Assembly: GCA_949487855.1 (NCBI GenBank)
Contig: CATAMV010000035.1
Location: forward strand, 1 to 56,146
Length of the DNA stretch: 56,146 nt
Direction: 5' to 3'
Origin: Bacteroidota bacterium
GTDB lineage: Bacteria > Bacteroidota > Bacteroidia > Flavobacteriales > Flavobacteriaceae
This document shows, piece after piece, positions 41,566-49,145 of the stretch (positions are counted from its first letter, which is position 1; every line of letters starts with the position of its first letter). The translations under genes and the position numbers were made by a program. A model generated the notes under the pieces. That model had not been told where the DNA came from. It did not search any database and saw nothing but the letters and a program-made list of their open reading frames with translations.

Positions 41566-42183
41566 TTAATTTTTCATAGATACTTCAAAAGGAATCCGCT
41601 GACTGATACTTCGCCCAAGTGTAAGTTCATCTGCGTATTCCAATTCATCGCCTACACCAATACCGCGAGAAATAGCGGAAAAAACCAATGGAAATTTATT
41701 TAATTTTTTAAAAATATAGTAGTTTGTTGTGTCGCCTTCCATGGTGCTGCCAAGCGCAAAAATTATTTCTTTAATCTCTTCATGTTCTACGCGCTCGATG
41801 AGCGCATCAATCGTAAGTTGTTGGGGGCCAATTCCTTCCATGGGGGCAATTTTTCCACCCAACACATGGTACCTACCTTTAAATTGTCCTGTTGCTTCTA
41901 TTGCCATAACGTCGCGTACATCTTCTACCACACACAGTACCTCTTGATTACGAAGCGGGTTTGCACAAATACTGCACTCTTCCGCATCTGAAATGTTGTG
42001 GCACGTAGTACAATAACGTATTTGTTGGCGCAATGTTGCAATAGCACTTGAGAGTCTTTCACTAAAATCTTTGGGTTGGCGTAAAAGGTGTAGCACAAGA
42101 CGAAGTGCAGAACGGCGGCCAATGCCTGGAAGTTGTGCAATTTCATCAACAGCTTTCTGTACTAAAGAGGAAGGAAAATCCAT
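41566..42183 (-). CDS. recR: Recombination protein RecR
   Basis: The track start at 42189 is TTG. The ATG at 42183 gives [29 protein letters not shown] (HhH). It has a Cys4 finger [16 protein letters not shown] and a Toprim domain. Confidence 0.93.
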   Translation of the reverse strand: MDFPSSLVQKAVDEIAQLPGIGRRSALRLVLHLLRQPKDFSERLSSAIATLRQQIRYCTTCHNISDAEECSICANPLRNQEVLCVVEDVRDVMAIEATGQFKGRYHVLGGKIAPMEGIGPQQLTIDALIERVEHEEIKEIIFALGSTMEGDTTNYYIFKKLNKFPLVFSAISRGIGVGDELEYADELTLGRSISQRIPFEVSMKN

Positions 42184-42242
42184 GCTCAAAAATACACTAT
42201 TTCACTAAAAGCTACACCAACACTATATTTACAAAAAAAATC

Positions 42243-43724
42243 ATGTCCGCTCAATCATTAGGGCTTTGTTTATTGGCGTATTTTGGAGTCCTGTATGGCA
42301 TTTCAAGGGCGGTAGGAAAAAGCAATAGCAATGCAACTTTTTTCTCAGCCAACAAAAAAGCACCATGGTATTTAGTTGCTTTTGGCATGATTGGCGCATC
42401 ACTTTCTGGGTTGACTTTTGTTTCTGTTCCGGGTTGGGTGGCAAGTACGCAGCTTGGATATGTACAAATGGTATTGGGGTACGCGCTTGGGTATTTATTT
42501 ATTGGAACGATTTTATTGCCGCTCTATTACAAATGGAATGTGGTTAGTATTTATAGTTATTTACAGCACAGATTTGGTAAAAGCACCTATAAAACAGGCG
42601 CCTCTTTTTTTATTTTATCACGGCTAACAGGAACTAGTTTTCGGATGTTCCTGGTACTAAAAGTATTGCATTGGATCGCTTTAGATTCCCTTCAGGTTCC
42701 GTTTTGGGCAAGTGCAGCTATTGCTATTATTGGTATTTGGCTCTACACACAAAAAACAGGAATTAAAACCATTATTTACACCGACACCGTACAAACTATT
42801 TGTATGCTGCTAGCACTGATTGTAGGCATTTATGTTATGATTGATGCGTTACAGTTAGACGCAGTGTCTTTGGGGGTGTGGTGGCAGGCACAGCCTACCA
42901 CACAAATGTTTTTTTGGGAGGATTGGAACAGTGGACAACATTTTGTGAAGCAATTCTTCGCGGGTGTACTCATCTCATTTGCCATGACAGGGCTGGATCA
43001 AGAAATGATGCAAAAAAATCTGAGTTGTCATTCATTGCGCGATGCACAAAAAAACATGTTTTGGTTCACTATTGCCTTGGTTGTTGTAACAATTTTATTT
43101 TTGGTCTTGGGCGTGCTGCTTACCGCTTACGCACAAGCCAATGAAATCACAGTCTCAGGAGACAGCTTGTTTCCTGTGGTTGCAACACAATCGGGTTTAG
43201 GAAAATTATTTACATATACTTTTATATTTGGACTAATTGCAGCAGCATTTAGCAGCGCCGATAGTTCTATGACATCCCTGGCTACAAGTGCAAGTATAGA
43301 CTTATGGGAAATAGATAAGGGAGAGCGTGGCGTAAAACAACGTAAACTATTACATCGGATAATCGCAGTTGCGCTTTGGTGCTGCATGGTCGTTTTTTAT
43401 TATGTGATTAAAACCGAAAGCGTTATCGCACAATTGCTGTTGTTTGCTGGTTACACTTATGGACCACTCCTTGGATTATTCTTGTTGGGTATTTTTTCGA
43501 AACGTGCACTCCGAGATAAATATGCGCCCATTATTTGTATTGTAACTCCCGTACTTACCTATTGCATAGCAACGCTAAGCAAAACAAATTTCGGCTTCGA
43601 TTTTGGCTTTTTTGTATTGGCACTCAATGGTGCACTTTCGTTAATTCTTCTTTGGTTCTCAGGAATTGGACTACCAGTGTATCAGAGCGCTCCCCCAGGT
43701 AAAACCACTGCCAAAAGCAGCTAA
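42243..43724 (+). CDS. Sodium:solute symporter family (SSF) transporter
   Basis: I set the start to the ATG at 42243 (MSAQSLGLCLLAYFGVLYG). About 13 TM segments with SSF-like blocks. The track's upstream extension overlaps recR on the opposite strand. Confidence 0.85.
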   Translation: MSAQSLGLCLLAYFGVLYGISRAVGKSNSNATFFSANKKAPWYLVAFGMIGASLSGLTFVSVPGWVASTQLGYVQMVLGYALGYLFIGTILLPLYYKWNVVSIYSYLQHRFGKSTYKTGASFFILSRLTGTSFRMFLVLKVLHWIALDSLQVPFWASAAIAIIGIWLYTQKTGIKTIIYTDTVQTICMLLALIVGIYVMIDALQLDAVSLGVWWQAQPTTQMFFWEDWNSGQHFVKQFFAGVLISFAMTGLDQEMMQKNLSCHSLRDAQKNMFWFTIALVVVTILFLVLGVLLTAYAQANEITVSGDSLFPVVATQSGLGKLFTYTFIFGLIAAAFSSADSSMTSLATSASIDLWEIDKGERGVKQRKLLHRIIAVALWCCMVVFYYVIKTESVIAQLLLFAGYTYGPLLGLFLLGIFSKRALRDKYAPIICIVTPVLTYCIATLSKTNFGFDFGFFVLALNGALSLILLWFSGIGLPVYQSAPPGKTTAKSS

Positions 43725-44678
43725 TAAGACGGTATCGCCTTGTTTGATTTTACCTTCGCCCCAAGCCTCAGAAAGTGCAATTGGGATAGATGCGGCGGTA
43801 GTGTTTCCATATCGCATAATATTATTAAAAACTTGATCGTCTCGAAGGCTAAACTTTTTCTGTACAAATTGTGCAATCCGCAAATTGGCTTGATGTGGTA
43901 TAAACAAATCGATATCGGTGGTGCTCTTAGCATTTTTATGCAAGGCCTCTTGAATTACTTCACTAAAACGAACAACGGCATTTTTAAATACCAATTGCCC
44001 GTTCATGTAGGGGTGATATCGCATGTCGTGTTCGTCATATTCAGATACAATTTCTGGAATCCAACGTTTTGTACTTGGACCAATAATAGCCAATTCCTCG
44101 GCGTGTTTGCCCTCAGAATATAAGTGTGTAGACTGAATCCCTTTAGTAGTATCTTCTTCTCTTGTAAGTACTGCTGCACCAGCACCATCGCCAAAAATAA
44201 CCGAAACGGTTCGTCCGCGCGTAGTAAAATCCATACCACCTGAATGGTGTTCCGAGCCTACTAAAAGTACGTTTTTGTACATGCCCGTTTTTATAAATTG
44301 ATCCGCAACAGAAAGGCCATAAATAAATCCTGAACATTGGTTTCTGATGTCTAATGCAGGACAAGTACCCATGCCCATTATATCTTGTAACAGGACTCCA
44401 GAACCCGGAAAATACAAGTCTGGACTAAGCGTTGCAAAAATGATTAGATCGATATCTTCTTTACCTATCCCGGAGCGCTCTAATGCCATTTCAGCAGCTT
44501 TTACACCCATGGTTGCAGTACCCTCACCCGAATTTTTCTTTATTATGCGACGCTCTTTAATTCCTGTACGCTCTGTGATCCATGCGTCATTTGTATCCAT
44601 AAGTTTAGACAAATCGTCATTGGTGACAATGTTGTCAGGAACATAATGTCCGAGTCCTATAATTCGAGAGCTGTACAT
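43671..44678 (-). CDS. fabH: 3-oxoacyl-ACP synthase III (canonical FabH)
   Basis: I set the start to the ATG at 44678 (MYSSRIIGLGHYVPDN). Catalytic Cys in RNQCSGFIYGL, His in PHQANLRI, Asn in YGNTTAASIP. The track's GTG at 44747 lies in a terminator loop. Confidence 0.92.
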   Translation of the reverse strand: MYSSRIIGLGHYVPDNIVTNDDLSKLMDTNDAWITERTGIKERRIIKKNSGEGTATMGVKAAEMALERSGIGKEDIDLIIFATLSPDLYFPGSGVLLQDIMGMGTCPALDIRNQCSGFIYGLSVADQFIKTGMYKNVLLVGSEHHSGGMDFTTRGRTVSVIFGDGAGAAVLTREEDTTKGIQSTHLYSEGKHAEELAIIGPSTKRWIPEIVSEYDEHDMRYHPYMNGQLVFKNAVVRFSEVIQEALHKNAKSTTDIDLFIPHQANLRIAQFVQKKFSLRDDQVFNNIMRYGNTTAASIPIALSEAWGEGKIKQGDTVLLAAFGSGFTWGSALIHW

Positions 44679-44723
44679 ATTTAATGAAATTGGAGATGCA
44701 ATAAACAAAATAAAATTGGTAGT

Positions 44724-44758
44724 AAAAAAAGAAGGTGCAACAACCACGATGCACCTTC
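44724..44758 (-). terminator. Strong intrinsic terminator in the fabH leader, on the minus strand (attenuator or small-RNA end)
   Basis: The minus strand reads GAAGGTGCA-TCGTGGTTGT-TGCACCTTC followed by TTTTTTT. It is a perfect 9-bp GC-rich stem with a 10-nt loop and a 7-U tract. The U-tract ends 45 nt upstream of the fabH ATG. No ORF of 60 aa or more lies upstream on this strand. Confidence 0.7.
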
Positions 44759-44861
44759 GAACAACTTAACCAAAATTAAACAAACCAATAGAAGGAGTGT
44801 TGTAATCAATAGAGTTTCATAGCAATTTTCTCCGCAACAATACTGTTGATTGACTACTCCA

Positions 44862-44892
44862 CAAATATAAAAATGTTTAATAAATAAACAAA
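44862..44892 (-). promoter_or_regulatory. Candidate Bacteroidetes sigma-A promoter (-33 TTTG, 19 nt, -7 TATATTTG) driving the fabH leader
   Basis: On the minus strand, TTTG lies at 44892-44889, then a 19-nt spacer, then TATATTTG at 44869-44862. Both elements and their spacing match the published -33/-7 consensus. Confidence 0.5.
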
Positions 44893-44974
44893 TTATTTAA
44901 ACAAAAAAATAGTGTCATCATGTCAGCATATTCACTTTGGTATTTTTTTTGGTTTAAATAGAAAAACAAATAAT

Positions 44975-46852
44975 ATGTCTTCAGGTAAAATAAATGTTGC
45001 AGTAGAAAACATTTTTCCACTCATTAAAAAATTCCTTTATAGTGACCACGAAATTTTCTTGCGTGAGCTCATTTCAAATGCTACAGACGCTACACTAAAG
45101 CTCAAACATCTAACCAATATTGGCGAAGCAAAGGTAACGTACGATAATCCGATCATTGAAATTAAGGTTGACAAAGACAAGCGCACCCTTCATGTTGTTG
45201 ACCATGGACTTGGCATGACCGCTGATGAGGTAAACAAATACATCAACGAAGTAGCTTTTTCTGGAGCTGAGGAGTTCATCAACCAATATAAAGACAGTGC
45301 TAAAGACAGTGGGATTATCGGGCATTTTGGTCTCGGATTTTATTCTGCATTTATGGTGTCAGAGAAAGTCGAAATCATCACGAAGTCACACAAAGACGAA
45401 CCGGCAGCGCATTGGACTTGTGACGGCTCCCCCGAATACACACTTGTTGAACATGACAAAACAGCAAGAGGCACAGAAATTATTCTACATATTGATAGTG
45501 AGTCAGATGAGTTTTTGGAGGAAGCGCGCATCAAAGAATTGCTTACCAAATACAATAAATTCATGCCTATTCCCATAAAGTTTGGAACGCGCGAAGTAAG
45601 CCATGAAGAAGGTGAAGGTGACGATAAAAAAGAAGTTAAAGAAACCGTTGATAATATCATCAACAACCCTACTCCAGCATGGACAAAAAAGCCAAGTGAG
45701 TTAAAGGACGAGGATTATACTTCATTTTATCGCGAGCTCTACCCGATGCAGTTTGAAGAGCCGCTATTCCATATTCACTTAAATGTGGATTATCCATTTG
45801 CGCTGACAGGTATTTTGTATTTCCCAAAACTGAATAACGATCTTAATGTTCAAAAAGACCGTATTCAGCTATATCAAAATCAGGTTTTTGTAACAGATAA
45901 TGTGGAAGGCATTGGGCCTGAGTTTTTGACCATGTTACGTGGTGTAATTGATTCGCCAGACATTCCATTAAACGTATCTAGAAGTTACCTTCAGGCAGAC
46001 GGTGCAGTCAAGAAAATCAGCAATTATATTACCAAAAAAGTAGCGGATAAATTGCAATCTATCTTTAAAAACGAGCGTGAAAACTTAGAACAAAAGTGGA
46101 ACGATATCAAAATGGTAATTGAATATGGAATGCTTTCAGAAGAAAAATTCTACGACAAAGCAAAAAAATTCAACCTCTTTCCAACTACAGACGGAACATT
46201 CTTAACGCTAGATGAACTTAAAGAGCAAACCAAAGAAGCACAGACAGATAAAGACGGAAAACTGATTCAGTTGTATGCAGCAAATACAGATGAGCAACAC
46301 GCTTACATCCAGGCTGCCAAAGACAAAGGCTACACTGTTCTTTTGCTGGACTCGCCAATTGTGGGGCATTTGTTGCAAAAATTAGAGCAAGAAGACGACA
46401 AGTTAGGTTTTATTCGTGTAGATGCAGATCATATAGATAAGCTTATTGCAAAAGACGAACCACAACTTTCTAAACTAAGCGACGAGCAAAAAGAAACGCT
46501 CAAACCGCTTATTGAAGATGTTGTGCCAAAAGAAAAATACACAGTTCAATTAGAAGCCATGGACAGCGAAGCTGCACCCTTTATGATTACGCAGCCCGAA
46601 TTTATGCGCCGTATGAAAGAAATGCAGCAAACTGGCGGCGGCGGTATGTTTGGTGGTGGTTTTCCCGAAATGTATCAATTAGTGGTAAATGTAAATCACC
46701 CGTTGGTGTCACAAATTTTGGAAACCAAAACCAAAAAGAAACAAGAACGCTTGATAAAACAATCGCTGGATTTGGCGCGTTTGTCACAATCGCTACTTAA
46801 AGGAGAAGAACTTACCGCATTTATCAAACGTAGCTTTGATATGATTAAGTAA
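44975..46852 (+). CDS. htpG: Molecular chaperone HtpG (Hsp90)
   Basis: I set the start to the ATG at 44975 (MSSGKINVAVENIFPLIKKFLYSDHEIFLRELISNATDA). GHKL ATPase blocks are present (GHFGLGFYSAFMV). The track's GTG at 44912 is an extension. Confidence 0.95.
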   Translation: MSSGKINVAVENIFPLIKKFLYSDHEIFLRELISNATDATLKLKHLTNIGEAKVTYDNPIIEIKVDKDKRTLHVVDHGLGMTADEVNKYINEVAFSGAEEFINQYKDSAKDSGIIGHFGLGFYSAFMVSEKVEIITKSHKDEPAAHWTCDGSPEYTLVEHDKTARGTEIILHIDSESDEFLEEARIKELLTKYNKFMPIPIKFGTREVSHEEGEGDDKKEVKETVDNIINNPTPAWTKKPSELKDEDYTSFYRELYPMQFEEPLFHIHLNVDYPFALTGILYFPKLNNDLNVQKDRIQLYQNQVFVTDNVEGIGPEFLTMLRGVIDSPDIPLNVSRSYLQADGAVKKISNYITKKVADKLQSIFKNERENLEQKWNDIKMVIEYGMLSEEKFYDKAKKFNLFPTTDGTFLTLDELKEQTKEAQTDKDGKLIQLYAANTDEQHAYIQAAKDKGYTVLLLDSPIVGHLLQKLEQEDDKLGFIRVDADHIDKLIAKDEPQLSKLSDEQKETLKPLIEDVVPKEKYTVQLEAMDSEAAPFMITQPEFMRRMKEMQQTGGGGMFGGGFPEMYQLVVNVNHPLVSQILETKTKKKQERLIKQSLDLARLSQSLLKGEELTAFIKRSFDMIK

Positions 46853-46879
46853 GTTTTTAATCTTATTTTAATAAATATA

Positions 46880-46911
46880 CCTCACTTTTTAAGTTGAGGG
46901 ATTTTTCTTTT
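46880..46911 (+). terminator. Rho-independent terminator after htpG
   Basis: CCTCACTT-TTT-AAGTTGAGG forms about 9 bp with one bulged T, followed by ATTTTTCTTTT. It starts 28 nt after the htpG stop. Confidence 0.55.
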
Positions 46912-46943
46912 AAATTTTCCTAATTTTAGAGAAACCTTACGTT

Positions 46944-47276
46944 ATGCTATTTTTTTGGCGCATACTACTTTCTTTTTGGCGAGACCCAGCCTACCGTAGT
47001 TTGCTTTTTGCTACCAGTATTTTCTTGGCAATTGGCACAGTTGCCTACCGCTATATTGAAGATTGGTCTTGGTTAGATTCACTTTATTTTTCAGTCATTA
47101 CCCTTACTACCATTGGCTATGGCGATTTTTCGCCACAAACTAATTTGGGAAAGCTCTTTACCATGGCGTATATTATAATTGGTGTGGCATTAATTTTGGG
47201 TTTTGTAAACACCTTATTTTTCCACTACAAAGAAGAAGCTTCAAAGAAGAGAAACAAGAAAAAAAACACCAAATAA
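46944..47276 (+). CDS. Minimal two-TM potassium channel (pore-only, no regulatory domain)
   Basis: 110 aa with two TM helices flanking a pore helix and the canonical selectivity filter TTIGYGD. It has a Lys-rich C-terminal tail. ATG verified, and the stop overlaps the alkB ATG (TAATG). Confidence 0.85.
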   Translation: MLFFWRILLSFWRDPAYRSLLFATSIFLAIGTVAYRYIEDWSWLDSLYFSVITLTTIGYGDFSPQTNLGKLFTMAYIIIGVALILGFVNTLFFHYKEEASKKRNKKKNTK

Positions 47277-47881
47277 TGTCATTGCTTTTAGATGTTTTTG
47301 AACCCAAACTTCCCGATGCTACAATTCGGTATTTCCCCAATTTTTTAGCAAAAGATGTTGCAGATGCCTATTTTTCAGAGCTACTTGATACTATTCCATG
47401 GCAAAACGATCCAATTACGGTTTTTGGAAAAACCTATCCGCAACCCCGTATGACTTCATTGCATGGACACACTACCGATCCTTACGGATATTCGGGAATT
47501 GTGATGCACCCAAACCCAATGACCAAATCGCTCAGGGAAATCGAAACAAAAATTCAAACGCTTTGCGAGGAACGCTTCACTACGGTATTATTGAATTTAT
47601 ATCGAACAGGAAAAGACAGTAACGGTTGGCACGCCGACGACGAACCCGAATTAGGACAAAACCCTATAATTGCGTCTGTGAGTTTAGGAGCAGAACGCTA
47701 TTTTCATCTTAGGCACAAAAAGGATAAAACCCAACGTCTAAAATTTGCATTAGCACATGGGAGTTTACTGCTTATGGAAGGAAGCACGCAACACTATTGG
47801 AAACATCAAGTTGCAAAAACGGCACGAGAAGTTGGGCCACGCATTAACCTAACATTTAGGAAAGTACTTAAAGTGCGTTAA
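47276..47881 (+). CDS. alkB: Fe(II)/2-oxoglutarate-dependent dioxygenase AlkB (alkylated nucleic-acid repair)
   Basis: 201 aa with HxD in GWHADDE, the distal His in HYWKHQV, and RINLTFR. Confidence 0.85.
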   Translation: MSLLLDVFEPKLPDATIRYFPNFLAKDVADAYFSELLDTIPWQNDPITVFGKTYPQPRMTSLHGHTTDPYGYSGIVMHPNPMTKSLREIETKIQTLCEERFTTVLLNLYRTGKDSNGWHADDEPELGQNPIIASVSLGAERYFHLRHKKDKTQRLKFALAHGSLLLMEGSTQHYWKHQVAKTAREVGPRINLTFRKVLKVR

Positions 47882-48134
47882 GCTTTTCGATCAGTGCATT
47901 CCCCTTTTCGGCAAGCTCATCTTGAATCGCACGAAAGTGTGCTTTTTTGTTCGCAACGTCTTTTTGGTTAAGTTTTACGCTGAATACATCAAAGGCGGTT
48001 ATGGCCTCGTCAACAATGGCCGAAGAAGATTTTTTATCGGCGTCTGGATTAGCTTTTTCCCAGTCAAAAGTCATTTCAATAATCTCTCCCAACACGTGGT
48101 TAATATCTTTCTTTAAATCACGAATAGATGCCAT
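47868..48134 (-). CDS. Hypothetical small helical acidic protein (88 aa)
   Basis: ATG verified at 48132-48134. I recognise no motif. It is tightly placed upstream of queD (10-nt gap), and its 3' end overlaps the alkB 3' end by 14 nt. Confidence 0.5.
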   Translation of the reverse strand: MASIRDLKKDINHVLGEIIEMTFDWEKANPDADKKSSSAIVDEAITAFDVFSVKLNQKDVANKKAHFRAIQDELAEKGNALIEKLNAL

Positions 48135-48144
48135 AATCTTATGT

Positions 48145-48561
48145 TTATTTAGGTCCCGAAAACTCTACGTAGTTTCGAGAGGTTTCATACAAAGTTATAG
48201 ATAAATCATTATTTTTTTCAATGTGAGGTCTAAGCTTTTCCCAAATCACTATCGAAATATTTTCTGCAGTAGGAATTAAGGATGCAAACTCAGGCACTTG
48301 TTCATTCAGGTTTTTATGATCAAAGGCGTCTTCTATATGAGCTTTAATCAAATCCTTAAGGACCTTCATGTCCATCACATAGCCAGTTTCTGGGTCAATC
48401 TCCCCTGTAACGGAAACAATAAGATCATAGTTGTGCCCATGAAAATAAGGGTTACTACACTTGTCAAAGATGGCTTCGTTTTGGGCATCTGTCCAATCTT
48501 TCCTATACAGTCGGTGGGCCGCATTAAAGTGTGCCTTTCGGCTCACGGTTACTTTATTCAT
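48145..48561 (-). CDS. queD: 6-carboxy-5,6,7,8-tetrahydropterin synthase (PTPS family)
   Basis: 138 aa with FNAAHRL, C..P.FHGHNY and MDMKVLK blocks typical of QueD/PTPS. Confidence 0.9.
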   Translation of the reverse strand: MNKVTVSRKAHFNAAHRLYRKDWTDAQNEAIFDKCSNPYFHGHNYDLIVSVTGEIDPETGYVMDMKVLKDLIKAHIEDAFDHKNLNEQVPEFASLIPTAENISIVIWEKLRPHIEKNNDLSITLYETSRNYVEFSGPK

Positions 48562-49076
48562 AGCAATTTAATTTTTTCATAGAATTGTTCAAAGATAATA
48601 ATAAACCACGCGGTATAGAGCTCGGGGTGGGCAGCAATATCGGCACGAACTTCTTCCACAGGCATCCATTTCCAACTGGCAACTTCATCGGAGTTGATAT
48701 TGGGTGCGTCGTTGTATTGCCCAATCAAGACATGATCTAACTCATGCTCGGTAAGCCCGTTATCAAATGGCGCTTTGTAAATAAATGAGGTTACTTCTTT
48801 AAGATCAGTAACAAATCCCATTTCTTCATGTAATCTGCGCTGACCTGCAGAAATATTACCCTCCCCGTCCCGTTGATGGCTGCAACAAGTGTTGGTCCAT
48901 AAGCCTGGTGAATGGTATTTGTGTAACGCTCGTTGTTGTAGCATAAGCTCGCCTTTATCATTAAGAATAAAAACAGAAAAGGCACGATGTAACACACCTT
49001 TTTCGTGCGCTTCCATTTTCGGCATTAACCCCAATTGATTATCTGCTGAGTCAACCAAAACAACTAGTTCTTCCAT
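48558..49076 (-). CDS. idi: Isopentenyl-diphosphate delta-isomerase, type 1 (Nudix fold)
   Basis: I set the start to the ATG at 49076 (MEELVVLVDSADNQLG). Blocks HRAFSVFI, TNTCCSHQ and EHELDHV are present. The stop overlaps the queD ATG (ATGA). Confidence 0.85.
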   Translation of the reverse strand: MEELVVLVDSADNQLGLMPKMEAHEKGVLHRAFSVFILNDKGELMLQQRALHKYHSPGLWTNTCCSHQRDGEGNISAGQRRLHEEMGFVTDLKEVTSFIYKAPFDNGLTEHELDHVLIGQYNDAPNINSDEVASWKWMPVEEVRADIAAHPELYTAWFIIIFEQFYEKIKLL

Positions 49077-49145
49077 GTGGGAATAAAAATACAAAAAATG
49101 ATGTGGCAAAGTGTCCTTTTCATAAATCAATGTATTTTTGCACCT

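Noticed and set aside
42105-42242. N-terminal extensions offered by the ORF track: SSF at 42105, htpG at 44912, prfC at 49077, idi at 49199, fabH at 44747, porV at 15740, mlaF at 8688, recR at 42189 and guaA at 31777.
   Set aside because: The extensions start at GTG or TTG, or at upstream ATGs that overlap neighbouring genes or a terminator. They add residues absent from the well-known N-termini of these families. Internal ATGs reproduce the canonical N-termini.
44681-44809. A 42-codon TTG-initiated hydrophobic ORF on the minus strand (ITTLLLLVCLILVKLFEGASWLLHLLFLLPILFCLLHLQFH), ending 2 nt before the fabH ATG.
   Set aside because: It is read from a T-rich leader that contains the terminator hairpin and U-tract, so Leu/Phe richness is expected by composition. 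It has a non-ATG start and no independent support. It is kept only as an alternative to the attenuator hypothesis, pending conservation analysis.
44911-44930. The direct repeat TGTCA-tca-TGTCA upstream of htpG, considered as a possible heat-shock operator.
   Set aside because: It is only 5 nt per repeat unit. It matches no known element and could easily arise by chance.
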